A program made the translations under genes and the position numbers. A stretch of 64,000 bases of DNA, taken from Acidimicrobiaceae bacterium. GTDB lineage: Bacteria > Actinomycetota > Acidimicrobiia > Acidimicrobiales > JACDCH01. Shown piece by piece: positions 43,101 through 51,838 of this stretch; positions within the stretch are counted from its first letter, which is position 1, and the number at the start of each line of letters is the position of its first letter. The stretch spans positions 151,837-215,836 of the forward strand of contig JBEEGH010000002.1 of NCBI GenBank assembly GCA_041166745.1, read 5' to 3'. The notes under the pieces were generated by a model, which saw only the letters and a program-made list of their open reading frames with translations, made no database searches and was not told where the DNA came from.

Positions 43101-43277
43101 CCGCCTGGTGACGTCGCTGCTTTGGGGCAAGCGCTCCGGCGGCTCGAGGCCGATCCGAACTTACGTGAGCGCTTGGCCGAGGCCGGACGTCGACGCGCCA
43201 AGGACTTTGATCCGGCGGTGGTTGCGGACCAGATCGCGCAGGCGTACGCCGCGATGTGTAAGGAAGCGGCTCGCTAA
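40116..43277 (+). CDS. Three-domain glycosyltransferase fusion (GT2-like, TuaH-like GT-B, GT4)
   Basis: GTG at 40116 overlaps the upstream stop. Domain 1 is VNLDVVVVTFGSAKHLDNCLSAL...VVDNASDDSS...NRGFGAAANQG...FIVGACLLVRRDAFEAVGGFDE. Domain 2 is VVLSLEPWDDVWRRNQFLVREL...VYVGTLHEDRLD. Domain 3 is LFVVYIDHCAELSGGELALARLLEAL...SVIPEPFGQVVLEGMAAGVPVVASSAGGPAEVI. Confidence 0.85.
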   Translation: MNLDVVVVTFGSAKHLDNCLSALPREVNVTVVDNASDDSSPEIARLYGATVIENADNRGFGAAANQGAKHGSAPYILFLNPDATVAPGCVEALVAELAADVTVASAGPRLITPDGRRQRPWWPLPSASRSWQEALGLHRLVRADLDEPRDVPFIVGACLLVRRDAFEAVGGFDEAFWLYGEEGDLAQRLAGEGWRARYVPSATCVHVGGASGGESDLAFEHFQRGTERFILKHNGRAALLSHRLALLFGSLARLLILVLGGRGRTSTARTRARIGRRLANVLLRSPLSVPGAPRASSGPPDHDLVVLSLEPWDDVWRRNQFLVRELLALDPDRRVLFVEPPIDVPHHLFTTRKWPPRAGLRASASNERMLLYRPLKLVPRVLGPAADRLLLRSLRRAIESAGLTGPTLWVNDPAYAAVTRWGAPVVYDLTDDWTRSNATARTRRRLKAWDDELSAGSQQVVACSEDLRNSHAPREVHVIPNAVDAEHFATPTARPSDLPASPTAVYVGTLHEDRLDVGLVEDVARALPELNVALVGPNSLSADSTRRLSTLPNVHVLGARPYAVIPGYLQHAEVIVVPHVVSPFTESLDPIKAYECQVVGRPTVSTEVAGFRDLEWPIVSVARDEFAIAVDNALHWKADGHQEPQVPSWHERAKDFARVLDTARQKVEQQRLFVVYIDHCAELSGGELALARLLEALDVRAHVILGEDGPLVVKLQALGATVEVLRMPGAAHSLRRGRVRLRSLPIGAIVQSAGYTLRLSRRLRQLAPDLVHTNSLKAAFYGSIAARLARRPVLVHARDRISPDYLPSAAVHLVRLLLRVVPTAVIANSQATLETLRLPGGHAAVVPSPVVYDATPVFSQVQRRDDPRFTVVMLGRIASWKGQDVFLEAFARTFPDGEQRALIVGSAMFGEEAFEQQLRVQCGSLGLTDRVRFDGFREDISAVLRQADVLVHASVIPEPFGQVVLEGMAAGVPVVASSAGGPAEVITDGENGLLVPPGDVAALGQALRRLEADPNLRERLAEAGRRRAKDFDPAVVADQIAQAYAAMCKEAAR

Positions 43278-43292
43278 CTCGCGAGCAGAAGG

Positions 43293-44345
43293 TCAGCGGA
43301 ATTTGATTACGTCGGGCTGGGGCCGAGTGGACCGAAGCCACGCTCGCCCGCGTTCGCGAACCGGTTGCTCAATGAACCGAAACGAAAGCTCTGCAAACGC
43401 GCAGCTCAGCACAATCACGAGAGGACCCGCGTACCGAAGCGTGATGCCGCGCCAAATCAGCGGGATCAACTGCGCGAACGTCCGATGGTAGAGATAGAGG
43501 CCATAGGACCGTTGGCCTAGCCATCGCATTGGAGACGAAGACAACACGCGTGCCGCCACGCCTCCCTGCCCGATCGCCAGATTGAGGACGAGCAGAGCGG
43601 CTGCTACGCCCACGGCGAGTCTGACCCACGTTGTCGCGTTGCCGAAACGCAGCATCGTGGTGACGAACAAGCAAGGAGCCACGATCAGCCCGATGGCAGT
43701 TGTGGCAACTCGATCGCGAAACTTGTTCCGTCCAAAGAGAAACCACTCCGCGGCCAGAGCGCCGCCGGCCAGTGGCACCAAATGGGCGGTGGGCAGGAAA
43801 TAGTCGAGAGGGAAGAAGGCTTGCACAACGACAGCGAAACCAAGCGCACACGCGAGTGCGACTTGCCGCCCAGCATGTCCCAGACGGGCTAAGCCGACCG
43901 CCACCACAAATGGCCAAATGGCGTAGAACTGCTCCTCGATCGCCAGCGACCACGTATGTGCGTAAACACTGCCGATCAGCGATGTCTTGACGATTAGAAA
44001 GTCATTGACATAGAAGACCGTTCCGAGGGAACTGGGCACGATGGAGCCGCCCTCGTGGGCGAGAAGCGCGGTCGGGACGGCCACCACGGTGAGAAAGATC
44101 ACCATCGCCGGCGCGAGACGGAACACTCGCCGCAGATAGAAGGCAACGAAGTCGAGACGACCGAAGGTGTCGATCTCCTCCAATAGCAAAGTCGTGATCA
44201 GGAACGCCGACAGCGCGAAAAACACGTCGACGCCGAATTCCCCATTAGGGAACCTCGCCGACCATCCGTGCAGGAGCATGACCGCGGCAATTGCGATTGC
44301 CCGTACGCCATCTAGCGCTGGTCGGTTTCCCAGCCGGCGAGGCAC
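43293..44345 (-). CDS. Acyltransferase family 3 membrane O-acyltransferase
   Basis: 350 aa. The N-terminus is LGNRPALDGVRAIAIAAVMLLHG, with about 10 TM segments. HTWSLAIEEQFYAIWP is the family signature. Confidence 0.9.
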   Translation of the reverse strand: MPRRLGNRPALDGVRAIAIAAVMLLHGWSARFPNGEFGVDVFFALSAFLITTLLLEEIDTFGRLDFVAFYLRRVFRLAPAMVIFLTVVAVPTALLAHEGGSIVPSSLGTVFYVNDFLIVKTSLIGSVYAHTWSLAIEEQFYAIWPFVVAVGLARLGHAGRQVALACALGFAVVVQAFFPLDYFLPTAHLVPLAGGALAAEWFLFGRNKFRDRVATTAIGLIVAPCLFVTTMLRFGNATTWVRLAVGVAAALLVLNLAIGQGGVAARVLSSSPMRWLGQRSYGLYLYHRTFAQLIPLIWRGITLRYAGPLVIVLSCAFAELSFRFIEQPVRERGRAWLRSTRPQPDVIKFR

Positions 44346-44386
44346 GGCGCAGACTACCTGACTCGTTTCTGCGCGATCCGAGGGTC

Positions 44387-44653
44387 ATGGCGGCCGCGTC
44401 TGGATCAATCCGAGTACTGAGAGCCCGACCGAGGTCATCACCGATGGCCGAACGCGCGAGTGATGTCCCGGGTGATGTCGCGGCCTTAGAGGAGAGAGGC
44501 TCCGGCTGCTCGAGGCCGACCCGGGAATGCGCGAGCACCAGGCAGAACCGGGACGCCGCCGCCCCACGAACTTTGATCCAGCTGTAGCTCCGGAGCGGAT
44601 CACACCGGCGTACGCCGCGATCTGTAAGGACCGGCGCGCTAATTCACGAGCAG
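44387..44653 (+). pseudogene. Degenerate duplicate of the last ~270 nt of the GT fusion gene (GT4 C-terminus remnant)
   Basis: It aligns by eye with 43017-43288. For example, ccgaggtcatcaccgatgg matches ccgaggtgatcaccgatgg, ctcgaggccgacccg matches ctcgaggccgatccg, and gaactttgatcc...ggcgtacgccgcgatctgtaagga...cacgagcag matches ggactttgatcc...ggcgtacgccgcgatgtgtaagga...cgcgagcag. It contains in-frame stops (tactgagag, ccttagagg). Confidence 0.65.
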
Positions 44654-45358
44654 GATTGCAAGGGGCAACCCGGCCAGGCGCTCGACCGGTCGGCCAGCGG
44701 CGGCGTCCAAGATGCCGTTGATCAGTCCATGCCAGTACGGATCGAAGTCGTCCCAGAGCACGATGCCGCCCGGCTTGACGATTGCGAGCGCTGAGCGCGT
44801 GTCCGCGAACCCATGCTCGTAGTCGTGGCCACCGTCAACCAGCACGAGATCGGCCCACGCACGCCACGGGGTCGTATCGAGCACCAACGAATCCACCCTC
44901 AGCTGCTGCACTTTGTGCTTGGCCACGCTGGCTCGATGTACCGCGCCCACATCCTGAGCCGAGAACGCATCGGGATGCTGCGTGGCGCGAAAGTCGGTAT
45001 CGGGCAGATCGACAGTCACCACCCGACCTTCGTCCGGCAGCGCTTCCGCTATGAGCGCAGTCGTCGCACCGTTGAAGGTGCCGAACTCAAAGGCTGTGTG
45101 CACATTGCGGTCCGAGATGAGGAGCTGCAGCACGACCTGCTCGGCGGCGCCGAGGCTCCACGCGTGTCTCGACTGCGGGGCTGACAGGACTACGCGACGC
45201 TCGCCCGTGGCGACCAGATCGGACAGCTCCCGACGCGGCAACTCGGCGACGCGCCTACCCGCCGAAATGATGAATGGTTGCTTGAGCATCGCGCGACCGA
45301 ACGCGCGCGAATTTGATCGTGCGGCGCGCCACGCGAGCCTCAGCTCCGCCTTGTTCAT
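44639..45358 (-). CDS. Class I SAM-dependent methyltransferase
   Basis: ATG at 45358 overlaps the upstream stop (ATGA). Sequence reads TAFEFGTFNGATTALIAEALPDEGRVVTVDLPD...DLVLVDGGHDYEHGFADTRSALAIVKPGGIVLWDDF. Confidence 0.75.
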   Translation of the reverse strand: MNKAELRLAWRAARSNSRAFGRAMLKQPFIISAGRRVAELPRRELSDLVATGERRVVLSAPQSRHAWSLGAAEQVVLQLLISDRNVHTAFEFGTFNGATTALIAEALPDEGRVVTVDLPDTDFRATQHPDAFSAQDVGAVHRASVAKHKVQQLRVDSLVLDTTPWRAWADLVLVDGGHDYEHGFADTRSALAIVKPGGIVLWDDFDPYWHGLINGILDAAAGRPVERLAGLPLAILLVN

Positions 45359-46335
45359 CGCGGCGAACGTAGCGCCCGAGCCGCATGCCGCGGTCGGGGC
45401 GCTCTGAGCACCAGTCGAACCGTTGCGACCAAGGCTCGTATCGCGTGCCTCGAAAACGCCCCGAGTTGCCTCGATCTCAGGCTCCGCCACGACATCGTGA
45501 CGCGGGATACAACTTGGTCGCGCTGTATCGCACGCCAGCACTCAGCGACGAGGCGTCGCTGCTCGGCGTTGTTGTCCGGCGAGTAGTAGGCCTTGACGCG
45601 AACTCGATGGCATGCCTCGGCAACGCCGGGATACGTCCCTACGTTGGCATCGTGTCGTCGATACCCGAGGATCACCTTGTCGACGAATCGAAGCTCGCCC
45701 AGCCGCGCTGCTCTGATGAGCACGTCCCAGTCCTCAGCAAGTCGCGATTCGTCGTCGAATCCGCCGATCGCGTCGTACACGGATCGTCGCAGCAGGACAA
45801 CCCCCGGTGGGAACACGACACTCGAGGTGAAGACCGAGTCGAACGTGCTCGGTTCGGTGGGAGCACATTGTCGCAGGCGACCGCCGCGGCCGGTGATACG
45901 CGATCGTCCGAGTTCGGCGAACTCGCCGATCCGAAATGGCGAACCGGCCTCGTCGATGAACTCACCGAGACCGTGAGCCCCGATGATGCCGGGCTCCGAG
46001 TCCAATGCATCCGTAAGCGTTCGCAGGGCGTCGCTCTGCCACACGTCGTCGGCGTCCATGAACGTCACAAACTCCACCGACGCGGGCAGCTGCGCTAGAC
46101 CAACGTTTCGTGCAACGCACGGCCCTGAATTGGCGATCGTTCGAAGCATAAAGCGCGGATCCACTCGGGCCGCCTCCGCGGCGATGGCGGCGGTGTCGTC
46201 AGTGGAGCCATCGTCCACAACCAGGCATGTCCACCTCGCTTCACTCTGATTCAGGATCGACTCGAGGGCGGCGCGCAGAAATCGATCTGCGTTGTAGGCC
46301 GGCATGACGATGCCGATCCGCGGTTCGCCGGTCAT
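45355..46335 (-). CDS. GT2-family glycosyltransferase
   Basis: 326 aa. Sequence reads IGIVMPAYNADRFLRAALESILNQSEARWTCLVVDDGSTDDTAAIA...FMDADDVW... Confidence 0.9.
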   Translation of the reverse strand: MTGEPRIGIVMPAYNADRFLRAALESILNQSEARWTCLVVDDGSTDDTAAIAAEAARVDPRFMLRTIANSGPCVARNVGLAQLPASVEFVTFMDADDVWQSDALRTLTDALDSEPGIIGAHGLGEFIDEAGSPFRIGEFAELGRSRITGRGGRLRQCAPTEPSTFDSVFTSSVVFPPGVVLLRRSVYDAIGGFDDESRLAEDWDVLIRAARLGELRFVDKVILGYRRHDANVGTYPGVAEACHRVRVKAYYSPDNNAEQRRLVAECWRAIQRDQVVSRVTMSWRSLRSRQLGAFSRHAIRALVATVRLVLRAPRPRHAARALRSPR

Positions 46336-47273
46336 CGACCAATCGCTGCGATCCGACGCGACACCGCGTCGACCAGCACCGGATGTCTGTCGAACTGATG
46401 GATCACAGGAACTACCGCGCCGTCTTCGTTGAGGATCCTCTCGTCATCATCGAGCCGGTACCGAGTCATCGCGCCCATCGTGAGCACACGACCGTGCTCG
46501 TTGGCAACGATCGTTGCTCCCAGGCGGCCAGATCGAAGCAGCCAGTTGTGCACGCCCTGGTCGTGGCTGCCCATTGGTCGTCGACGCCATGTGATCGCCT
46601 GCGCCATTTCCTTGAGGTAGTGCAGAATTGCCGGTCGCGTGCCCACGACCGTGCCCGAGCACGACACGATTTCATCGTGCAGCGTGCGCAGTCCTTCATC
46701 GCCGTACAGGTCGCGGACCCAGCGGCCGTTGAACACGTCTCGACCAACCGTCGACAACGGATCCTCCAAGAAGCATTCAAGATGCGTGACTGGCTCACGG
46801 AACGGATCATCTTGGAAGACAACGTCGCGAAGGTCGCTAAGGAACACGTAGTCGGCTTCGGGTGCGTGGTCCCGCACGAAGTCGTAGTAGTGGGCGTACC
46901 GCAACGACTGCAGGCCCTCAAGGTGGAACTCGTAGGAGCGCCATCGGTCCGAACTGTCGATCTCGCGCCCTATCCGGACGATCGTCGAGAACAGCGCCGG
47001 GTACAGACGGCGCACCCCGCGTGTACGTCGAGCCATACCCAGTAGCCACAATGGCGCTGCGGCAGGTTGCCTGTAGTCGTCGTCGACCTGCACGATCACG
47101 TCCGCCATCCGTCGGAACGCGTCCACGGCAATCGGGTCGTCATACTGCGCGAGGATCAGCCCGAGCTTGCCCTGGTATCCGGTCGACCGCAGTGAGTTGA
47201 CAAACGGCTCGATGACTGAGGGCTCGAGCCGGGCGGTGAAGCCCAGTACCAATGACCGCTGCGTTGACGCCAT
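46332..47273 (-). CDS. Hypothetical protein, possibly GT-A-fold nucleotide-diphospho-sugar transferase
   Basis: I chose the internal ATG at 47273 (MASTQRSLVLGFTARLEP...). Weak GT-A-like cues are YVFLSDLRDVVFQDDPF and SHDQGVHNWLL. No secure family call is possible. Confidence 0.45.
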   Translation of the reverse strand: MASTQRSLVLGFTARLEPSVIEPFVNSLRSTGYQGKLGLILAQYDDPIAVDAFRRMADVIVQVDDDYRQPAAAPLWLLGMARRTRGVRRLYPALFSTIVRIGREIDSSDRWRSYEFHLEGLQSLRYAHYYDFVRDHAPEADYVFLSDLRDVVFQDDPFREPVTHLECFLEDPLSTVGRDVFNGRWVRDLYGDEGLRTLHDEIVSCSGTVVGTRPAILHYLKEMAQAITWRRRPMGSHDQGVHNWLLRSGRLGATIVANEHGRVLTMGAMTRYRLDDDERILNEDGAVVPVIHQFDRHPVLVDAVSRRIAAIGR

Positions 47274-47278
47274 GAAAC

Positions 47279-48265
47279 TCACACTCCGTCCGTGCCGCGC
47301 GCGCGGCGGCTTGCTACATGAACGATGCCGCGGGCGGCGCCGAGCGCGTGGGCCGCCGACAGCCGAAGCCATTCGCGGTCCCGTTGGCCGTGAAGCGGGA
47401 AGCTCGAGACGCCACCTTGCGCTCGAATCTCCACGCACCGCTCCACGATCTGATCAAACGTGACCTCTGGCCTGAAGTACGCGTCATACACCGCGGTCGC
47501 AGACCTAGACAGCGCGGCATAGTCCCTCTCACGTTCCTCGAGGAGAGCGGGCAGAGTGCTGAGCGAGTCCTCCCTGACACGGATGGCGCACCCATCCCAA
47601 TCGATGCCCGACGGAGCCACCCAGTCGTCGCTGATGATCACCGGTACGCGACCCGCTGCGAGGGTCTCGACTAGCCGGTAGGAGGTCACCCCGTGTCCGC
47701 GGGGGCAGATGACGAACTTCGAGCGGAACAGCAACTCGCGAAAGTGAAGCAGTCGGTGCTCGAAATCTCGTGACGTGGGATCGTGGAACATGAAGCCGGT
47801 CGAGTCGTCGACGAAGCCGCGGAGATGACGCAGGCGCAACAGCTGATCGCGGCATGGATGCGTCCGGCCACCGACAAACGAGAAGAGGAGATCTGGCTCC
47901 GACGGATGGTCGCAGCGATCGATCTCCACTGGAGTGGTGTGGTAAAGCCACGGGCGTTGCCATCGCTGTCGAAATGACCGGCTTGGCATGCTCACGTACA
48001 CGCCAGGCAGGACACACCATGGTCGATCTCGATCGCAGTACGCGAAGGCGCGATCGCGGCACGCGAGGCGAACAGGGTGCGCGGTCAGCTCCTTCATCCG
48101 CCAGGAGAGCAGGTGAAGGTCTACGAACAGCACAATGTCCGCGTCGGAGGTGACATCGGTCAACCTGTGGCGGCCGACCCGGTCGAGCTTCGCCAGCTCG
48201 AGAAACTTGTCGAGCTGCGTGGGGCCCACACGCTCGCTGACAGCTGACAGCAGCAGTACACGCAT
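47279..48265 (-). CDS. Exostosin-like (GT47) glycosyltransferase
   Basis: 328 aa. FSFVGGRTHPCRDQL and FRSKFVICPRGHGVTSYRLVETLAAGRVPVIISDDWVAPSGIDW match the exostosin C-terminal signature. Confidence 0.75.
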   Translation of the reverse strand: MRVLLLSAVSERVGPTQLDKFLELAKLDRVGRHRLTDVTSDADIVLFVDLHLLSWRMKELTAHPVRLACRDRAFAYCDRDRPWCVLPGVYVSMPSRSFRQRWQRPWLYHTTPVEIDRCDHPSEPDLLFSFVGGRTHPCRDQLLRLRHLRGFVDDSTGFMFHDPTSRDFEHRLLHFRELLFRSKFVICPRGHGVTSYRLVETLAAGRVPVIISDDWVAPSGIDWDGCAIRVREDSLSTLPALLEERERDYAALSRSATAVYDAYFRPEVTFDQIVERCVEIRAQGGVSSFPLHGQRDREWLRLSAAHALGAARGIVHVASRRARGTDGV

Positions 48266-49467
48266 CAGCCGGATCCATCGATAACGGGTATACGGGAGTC
48301 GAATCTGCCGAGATTCGGCTGGTCCAGGATGGCCTGGAGGTATCTAGCGACCCTCGCTGGCGCATGCGTCGCCTCGACGTGCGCGCGTGCAGCGACGGCA
48401 AGGCGATTGAGTCGCGAAGGATCGGCAAGCAGCTGTGCCAACTGCTCCGCAAAGGTGCCGTCCTCGCCTACGAGGTTTACGCCCGCGATATCGAGGCAGG
48501 CTGCCGAACCTCGTGCATCATTACTTGCGACCGCACACCCAGCCGCCAAGCCAGACAGGATCGGCCCGCTCGCCGCCGCCAAGTTAGCTGGGGAGCTCGT
48601 GCGCGAACGGAGCCGGATGACCGCGGTGGCGGTTGCATAGCTTCGGTCCAATCCTGCCTGATCGAGAAACCCGGTGAACTCAAGCCTGTGGCCTAGTCCA
48701 ACGGCCCGGAAACGTTGTTCTACTCGATGCCGTTCGCTCTCCGACAGATTCCCTACCCGCAATCTGAAGCGGGACGGGATCGAGCCCGTCTCAAATGCCG
48801 TGAGCACCGGATCGAGATCATCGGCGCTCAGCCTCGCCGGGCAGTAGACAGCGGGGTCTTTCGGCAGATCGGGCAAGCGATCGATCGGTAGCGGAATTGG
48901 TCGCACCCGAGAATGCGAACAGCGAGCGCTCAATGACTGTGCGCCCATGTTCGAGAATGTGAGCACCATGTCAGCGCTGCTCAGCAACCATCGTTCGACG
49001 CGCCGGCCGATCGAGCCCGAAAGCGCCATGCCCACGCGACGGCCACCGCGGCGATCGAAAATTGAGAAGAGCATGGACGCTCCGACGAGATCCGGAGCAT
49101 CGTGAGCGACCAGCCAGACCCTCGGGGCCCGGCGCGCGGCGCAGAGGAGGCAGGCTGCGTACAGCTCAGCGAGTGCGCGACCCGACAGATCAACGACAAC
49201 AAGATCGACATGACCAGACCGAACCCGGCGTCGAGCCGCTAGCGCAAGTTTCACGACCGACCTCAACCTCTGCGTCCCCGCTGCATCGACAGCGAGACCG
49301 AGCGTCTCGCGCGGACCTATCTGGTCGAGCGCACGATCGAAAGCCCCTGCGTGCCGCGCGATGCCACTATCTGACGGCGGCACCTTGGTTATGTGCAAGA
49401 TGCGAGGCGGGTTGTTACGAGCAACCGCGGATGGCCCGGGTTCCCACTCAATACAGGTTCGGGCCAT
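48265..49467 (-). CDS. Probable GT-B (GT1/GT4-like) glycosyltransferase
   Basis: I chose the internal ATG at 49467. Sequence reads RILHITKVPPSDSGIARHAGAFDRAL and LEFTGFLDQAGLDRSYATATAVI. The similarity is weak. Confidence 0.45.
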   Translation of the reverse strand: MARTCIEWEPGPSAVARNNPPRILHITKVPPSDSGIARHAGAFDRALDQIGPRETLGLAVDAAGTQRLRSVVKLALAARRRVRSGHVDLVVVDLSGRALAELYAACLLCAARRAPRVWLVAHDAPDLVGASMLFSIFDRRGGRRVGMALSGSIGRRVERWLLSSADMVLTFSNMGAQSLSARCSHSRVRPIPLPIDRLPDLPKDPAVYCPARLSADDLDPVLTAFETGSIPSRFRLRVGNLSESERHRVEQRFRAVGLGHRLEFTGFLDQAGLDRSYATATAVIRLRSRTSSPANLAAASGPILSGLAAGCAVASNDARGSAACLDIAGVNLVGEDGTFAEQLAQLLADPSRLNRLAVAARAHVEATHAPARVARYLQAILDQPNLGRFDSRIPVIDGSG

Positions 49468-49993
49468 AGTCGATCTCGTAGTTCTGGAGCTGACTTCGGT
49501 TGCCGATGGGCCGCGCCGGCACGCCGCCCACGACCGTCCACGCGGGGACATCGTCAACCACGACTGCGCCGGCGGAAACCACAGCTCCCGTGCCTAGGGT
49601 CACACCCTTAAGGATTGTGGCTCGGCTTCCGATCCAGACCCGATCGCCGATCGTGATCGGTGCGAGGCGACCGAGGAAACCTGGGTCGTCGATGTCGTGA
49701 TCGGCTGTGATCACGAGCGTGTGACTCGCGATCACGACGTTGCGGCCGATGTCGATGTCGCCTCGGGCATCGATCTGGCACAGCCGACCGACGTGCACCT
49801 GACCAGCGATCCGCAGTCGCTCAGGCGCGATGAACTCAGAGCCGCCGAACAGGTATGTATGCGGTCCGAGCCGAGCCCCAAGGAACCGCAGGCAGGCAAC
49901 GCGAAGTTGATTGCTCGGGAGGTGCGTGACCAAGCGATTGAACACGAGTTCGGCGATCGGACGCAGACCATGGCACCGGGGCGAGATCCTCAC
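49448..49993 (-). CDS. Hexapeptide-repeat (LbH) O-acetyltransferase
   Basis: 181 aa. Sequence reads IGRNVVIASHTLVITADHD...PITIGDRVWIGSRATILKGVTLGTGAVVSAGAVVVDDVPAWTVVGGVPARPI. Confidence 0.85.
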   Translation of the reverse strand: MRISPRCHGLRPIAELVFNRLVTHLPSNQLRVACLRFLGARLGPHTYLFGGSEFIAPERLRIAGQVHVGRLCQIDARGDIDIGRNVVIASHTLVITADHDIDDPGFLGRLAPITIGDRVWIGSRATILKGVTLGTGAVVSAGAVVVDDVPAWTVVGGVPARPIGNRSQLQNYEIDYGPNLY

Positions 49994-49996
49994 GTC

Positions 49997-50884
49997 TTAC
50001 GCTCCTCGCGCCTGCTCGTCGCTTGACCGAAGCCGATCCGGATCACCGAGAAGGGTCTGCTCCGCAACCATCTCGTTGCCATACATCGCGGGAAGACGTA
50101 CGGGACGGTAGGAGCCGAAGCGCGGCGCAATGACAGAACGAAGAACCGCTCGCGTCGGATGGGCACAAGCTTCTTCCCACAGTGCGAGCCGTGCTCCCCA
50201 ATCTAGGTCCGGTGCATGACTGGATATGTCGGCCTTCCAACGCATCGAAGCACTCGAGCGGACCATCGAGAAATGCAATATCGCTTCGATTGGTCGCACC
50301 CGACCACCGCCCTCGCTCCCGAACCGCAATTGGCGCATCTTGACTTCGACTTGGCGCGCACGGCGAAGGGTCGTGCCCGCGCGGACTGCGACGGGTCCGG
50401 GGATGGCACTCCAAATTGACATACGTCGAGTGGCGGCCTCGAGAAACCAATTCCTGGAGATGTGCGTGTAAATCCAACGCGCCGGATACTCGAGCCCTGC
50501 GCAGCCGTCCCGGTCAGCCGCCTTGATCTCGACGACGATCCGTTCTGGTTGATGTGCGATCTCGTCGGTATCGAGCTGCACCACCCACTCGCCGAAGTCA
50601 GCTGCGGCGACAAGAGACGCCTGGCGCTGACGAGTCTCACCAAGCTGCGGGTGTTCGCCAGGACAGGAAAACGGCCCCGGCAGCAGGGTCACCTTGCCGG
50701 CGGGATCGTTCTCCTGGAGCAGCCGGATGCAGCCCCGCATCTCCGGGCCCATGTCCAGACCAGACCACGAGTGGAAGTCCTGGTCGTACGAGGCCACGAT
50801 TTGGTCGACATGGTCGTAGTAAGAGCGGATGCTTGGCACCAGCCACGAGGGATCGCCAAGCAGCACGTACGCAGCGAGCCTCAT
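49997..50884 (-). CDS. Hypothetical protein, possibly a GT-A-like transferase
   Basis: 295 aa. The only cue is a DxD-like QLDTDEI following a beta-strand-like stretch. It lies inside the polysaccharide locus. Confidence 0.4.
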   Translation of the reverse strand: MRLAAYVLLGDPSWLVPSIRSYYDHVDQIVASYDQDFHSWSGLDMGPEMRGCIRLLQENDPAGKVTLLPGPFSCPGEHPQLGETRQRQASLVAAADFGEWVVQLDTDEIAHQPERIVVEIKAADRDGCAGLEYPARWIYTHISRNWFLEAATRRMSIWSAIPGPVAVRAGTTLRRARQVEVKMRQLRFGSEGGGRVRPIEAILHFSMVRSSASMRWKADISSHAPDLDWGARLALWEEACAHPTRAVLRSVIAPRFGSYRPVRLPAMYGNEMVAEQTLLGDPDRLRSSDEQARGA

Positions 50885-51126
50885 CGCTTGCCCGTAAGGC
50901 TCGACGGCCTGCTCACGATCGTTGCAAGGTCACACTTCCGTAGATCTTGATGAGGATCGGCTCGCTTTGCCCTTCGACCGCGCCGAACACGCCCGAGGCG
51001 AAGGCGGCTCAGCGGAGGCACGATCCCACGGATCTCCCGGGACGACACCTCCGGGCTCGCCATGCGTGGCGAGGCTACCGCCTGCTTCACCGTGCCGATC
51101 CATAGTCGGCCCGCGAGGTAGTCGAC

Positions 51127-51837
51127 GTGGTCGGGCAAGATGGACGCGTGCTGCACCCGGTCCGAAGCCGGTTTTCGCTCAGCCAACGCGCCCGGCTACG
51201 ACGTCTCGGCGCGCTGCCACTGTCTCGAAGCCTTGGACTGCTCGCGACGTGGTACGGAACAGATAAGGGGCCCCGGGACCACGGGTACACGGCGCACTAC
51301 ACGCAGCATCTGCGGCGACGGCGACGAGACCGGCTCACCGTTCTGGAAATTGGAATAGGCGGTCGCGAGACGAACAGCGGTGGGGCTTCCCTTCGGATGT
51401 GGCGCTCGTTCTTCCCCTACGCGGAAATCATCGGCGTCGACCTGTACGAGAAGCGACTGCCTGCGGAGGACCGAATCTCGATGCTGGTGGGCGACCAGGG
51501 CGACAGGAATTTTTTGGAACGGCTGGGTGCCGAGCGAGGGCCATTCGGCCTTGTCATCGACGATGGAAGCCACCGCGGGGATCACATCAACCTAACGTTC
51601 GAGACACTGTGGCCTCATGTCGGCCCGGGCGGTCTGTACGTCATCGAAGATCTGGTTACGGCGTACGAACCCGACTACGGCGGCGGCCCACCCGGGGCTA
51701 CCGGCACTTCGATGTCCCTAATCAAGGCGCTCGTCGACGGGGTCCAGCATCAATCAGACGTGAAGCCCTGTGCCGTCCATGTCTATCCGAACATCGTCTT
51801 CATCGAGATGCCACCTGGGAAAGGCGAAGTGCGGTAG
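51127..51837 (+). CDS. Class I SAM-dependent methyltransferase (sugar O-methyltransferase-like)
   Basis: WYGTDKGPRDHGYTAHYTQHL, LTVLEIGIGG and LVIDDGSHRGDHI resemble the GTDK...HxY-type methyltransferases of deoxysugar pathways. The start is uncertain. Confidence 0.7.
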   Translation: MVGQDGRVLHPVRSRFSLSQRARLRRLGALPLSRSLGLLATWYGTDKGPRDHGYTAHYTQHLRRRRRDRLTVLEIGIGGRETNSGGASLRMWRSFFPYAEIIGVDLYEKRLPAEDRISMLVGDQGDRNFLERLGAERGPFGLVIDDGSHRGDHINLTFETLWPHVGPGGLYVIEDLVTAYEPDYGGGPPGATGTSMSLIKALVDGVQHQSDVKPCAVHVYPNIVFIEMPPGKGEVR

Positions 51838-51838
51838 C

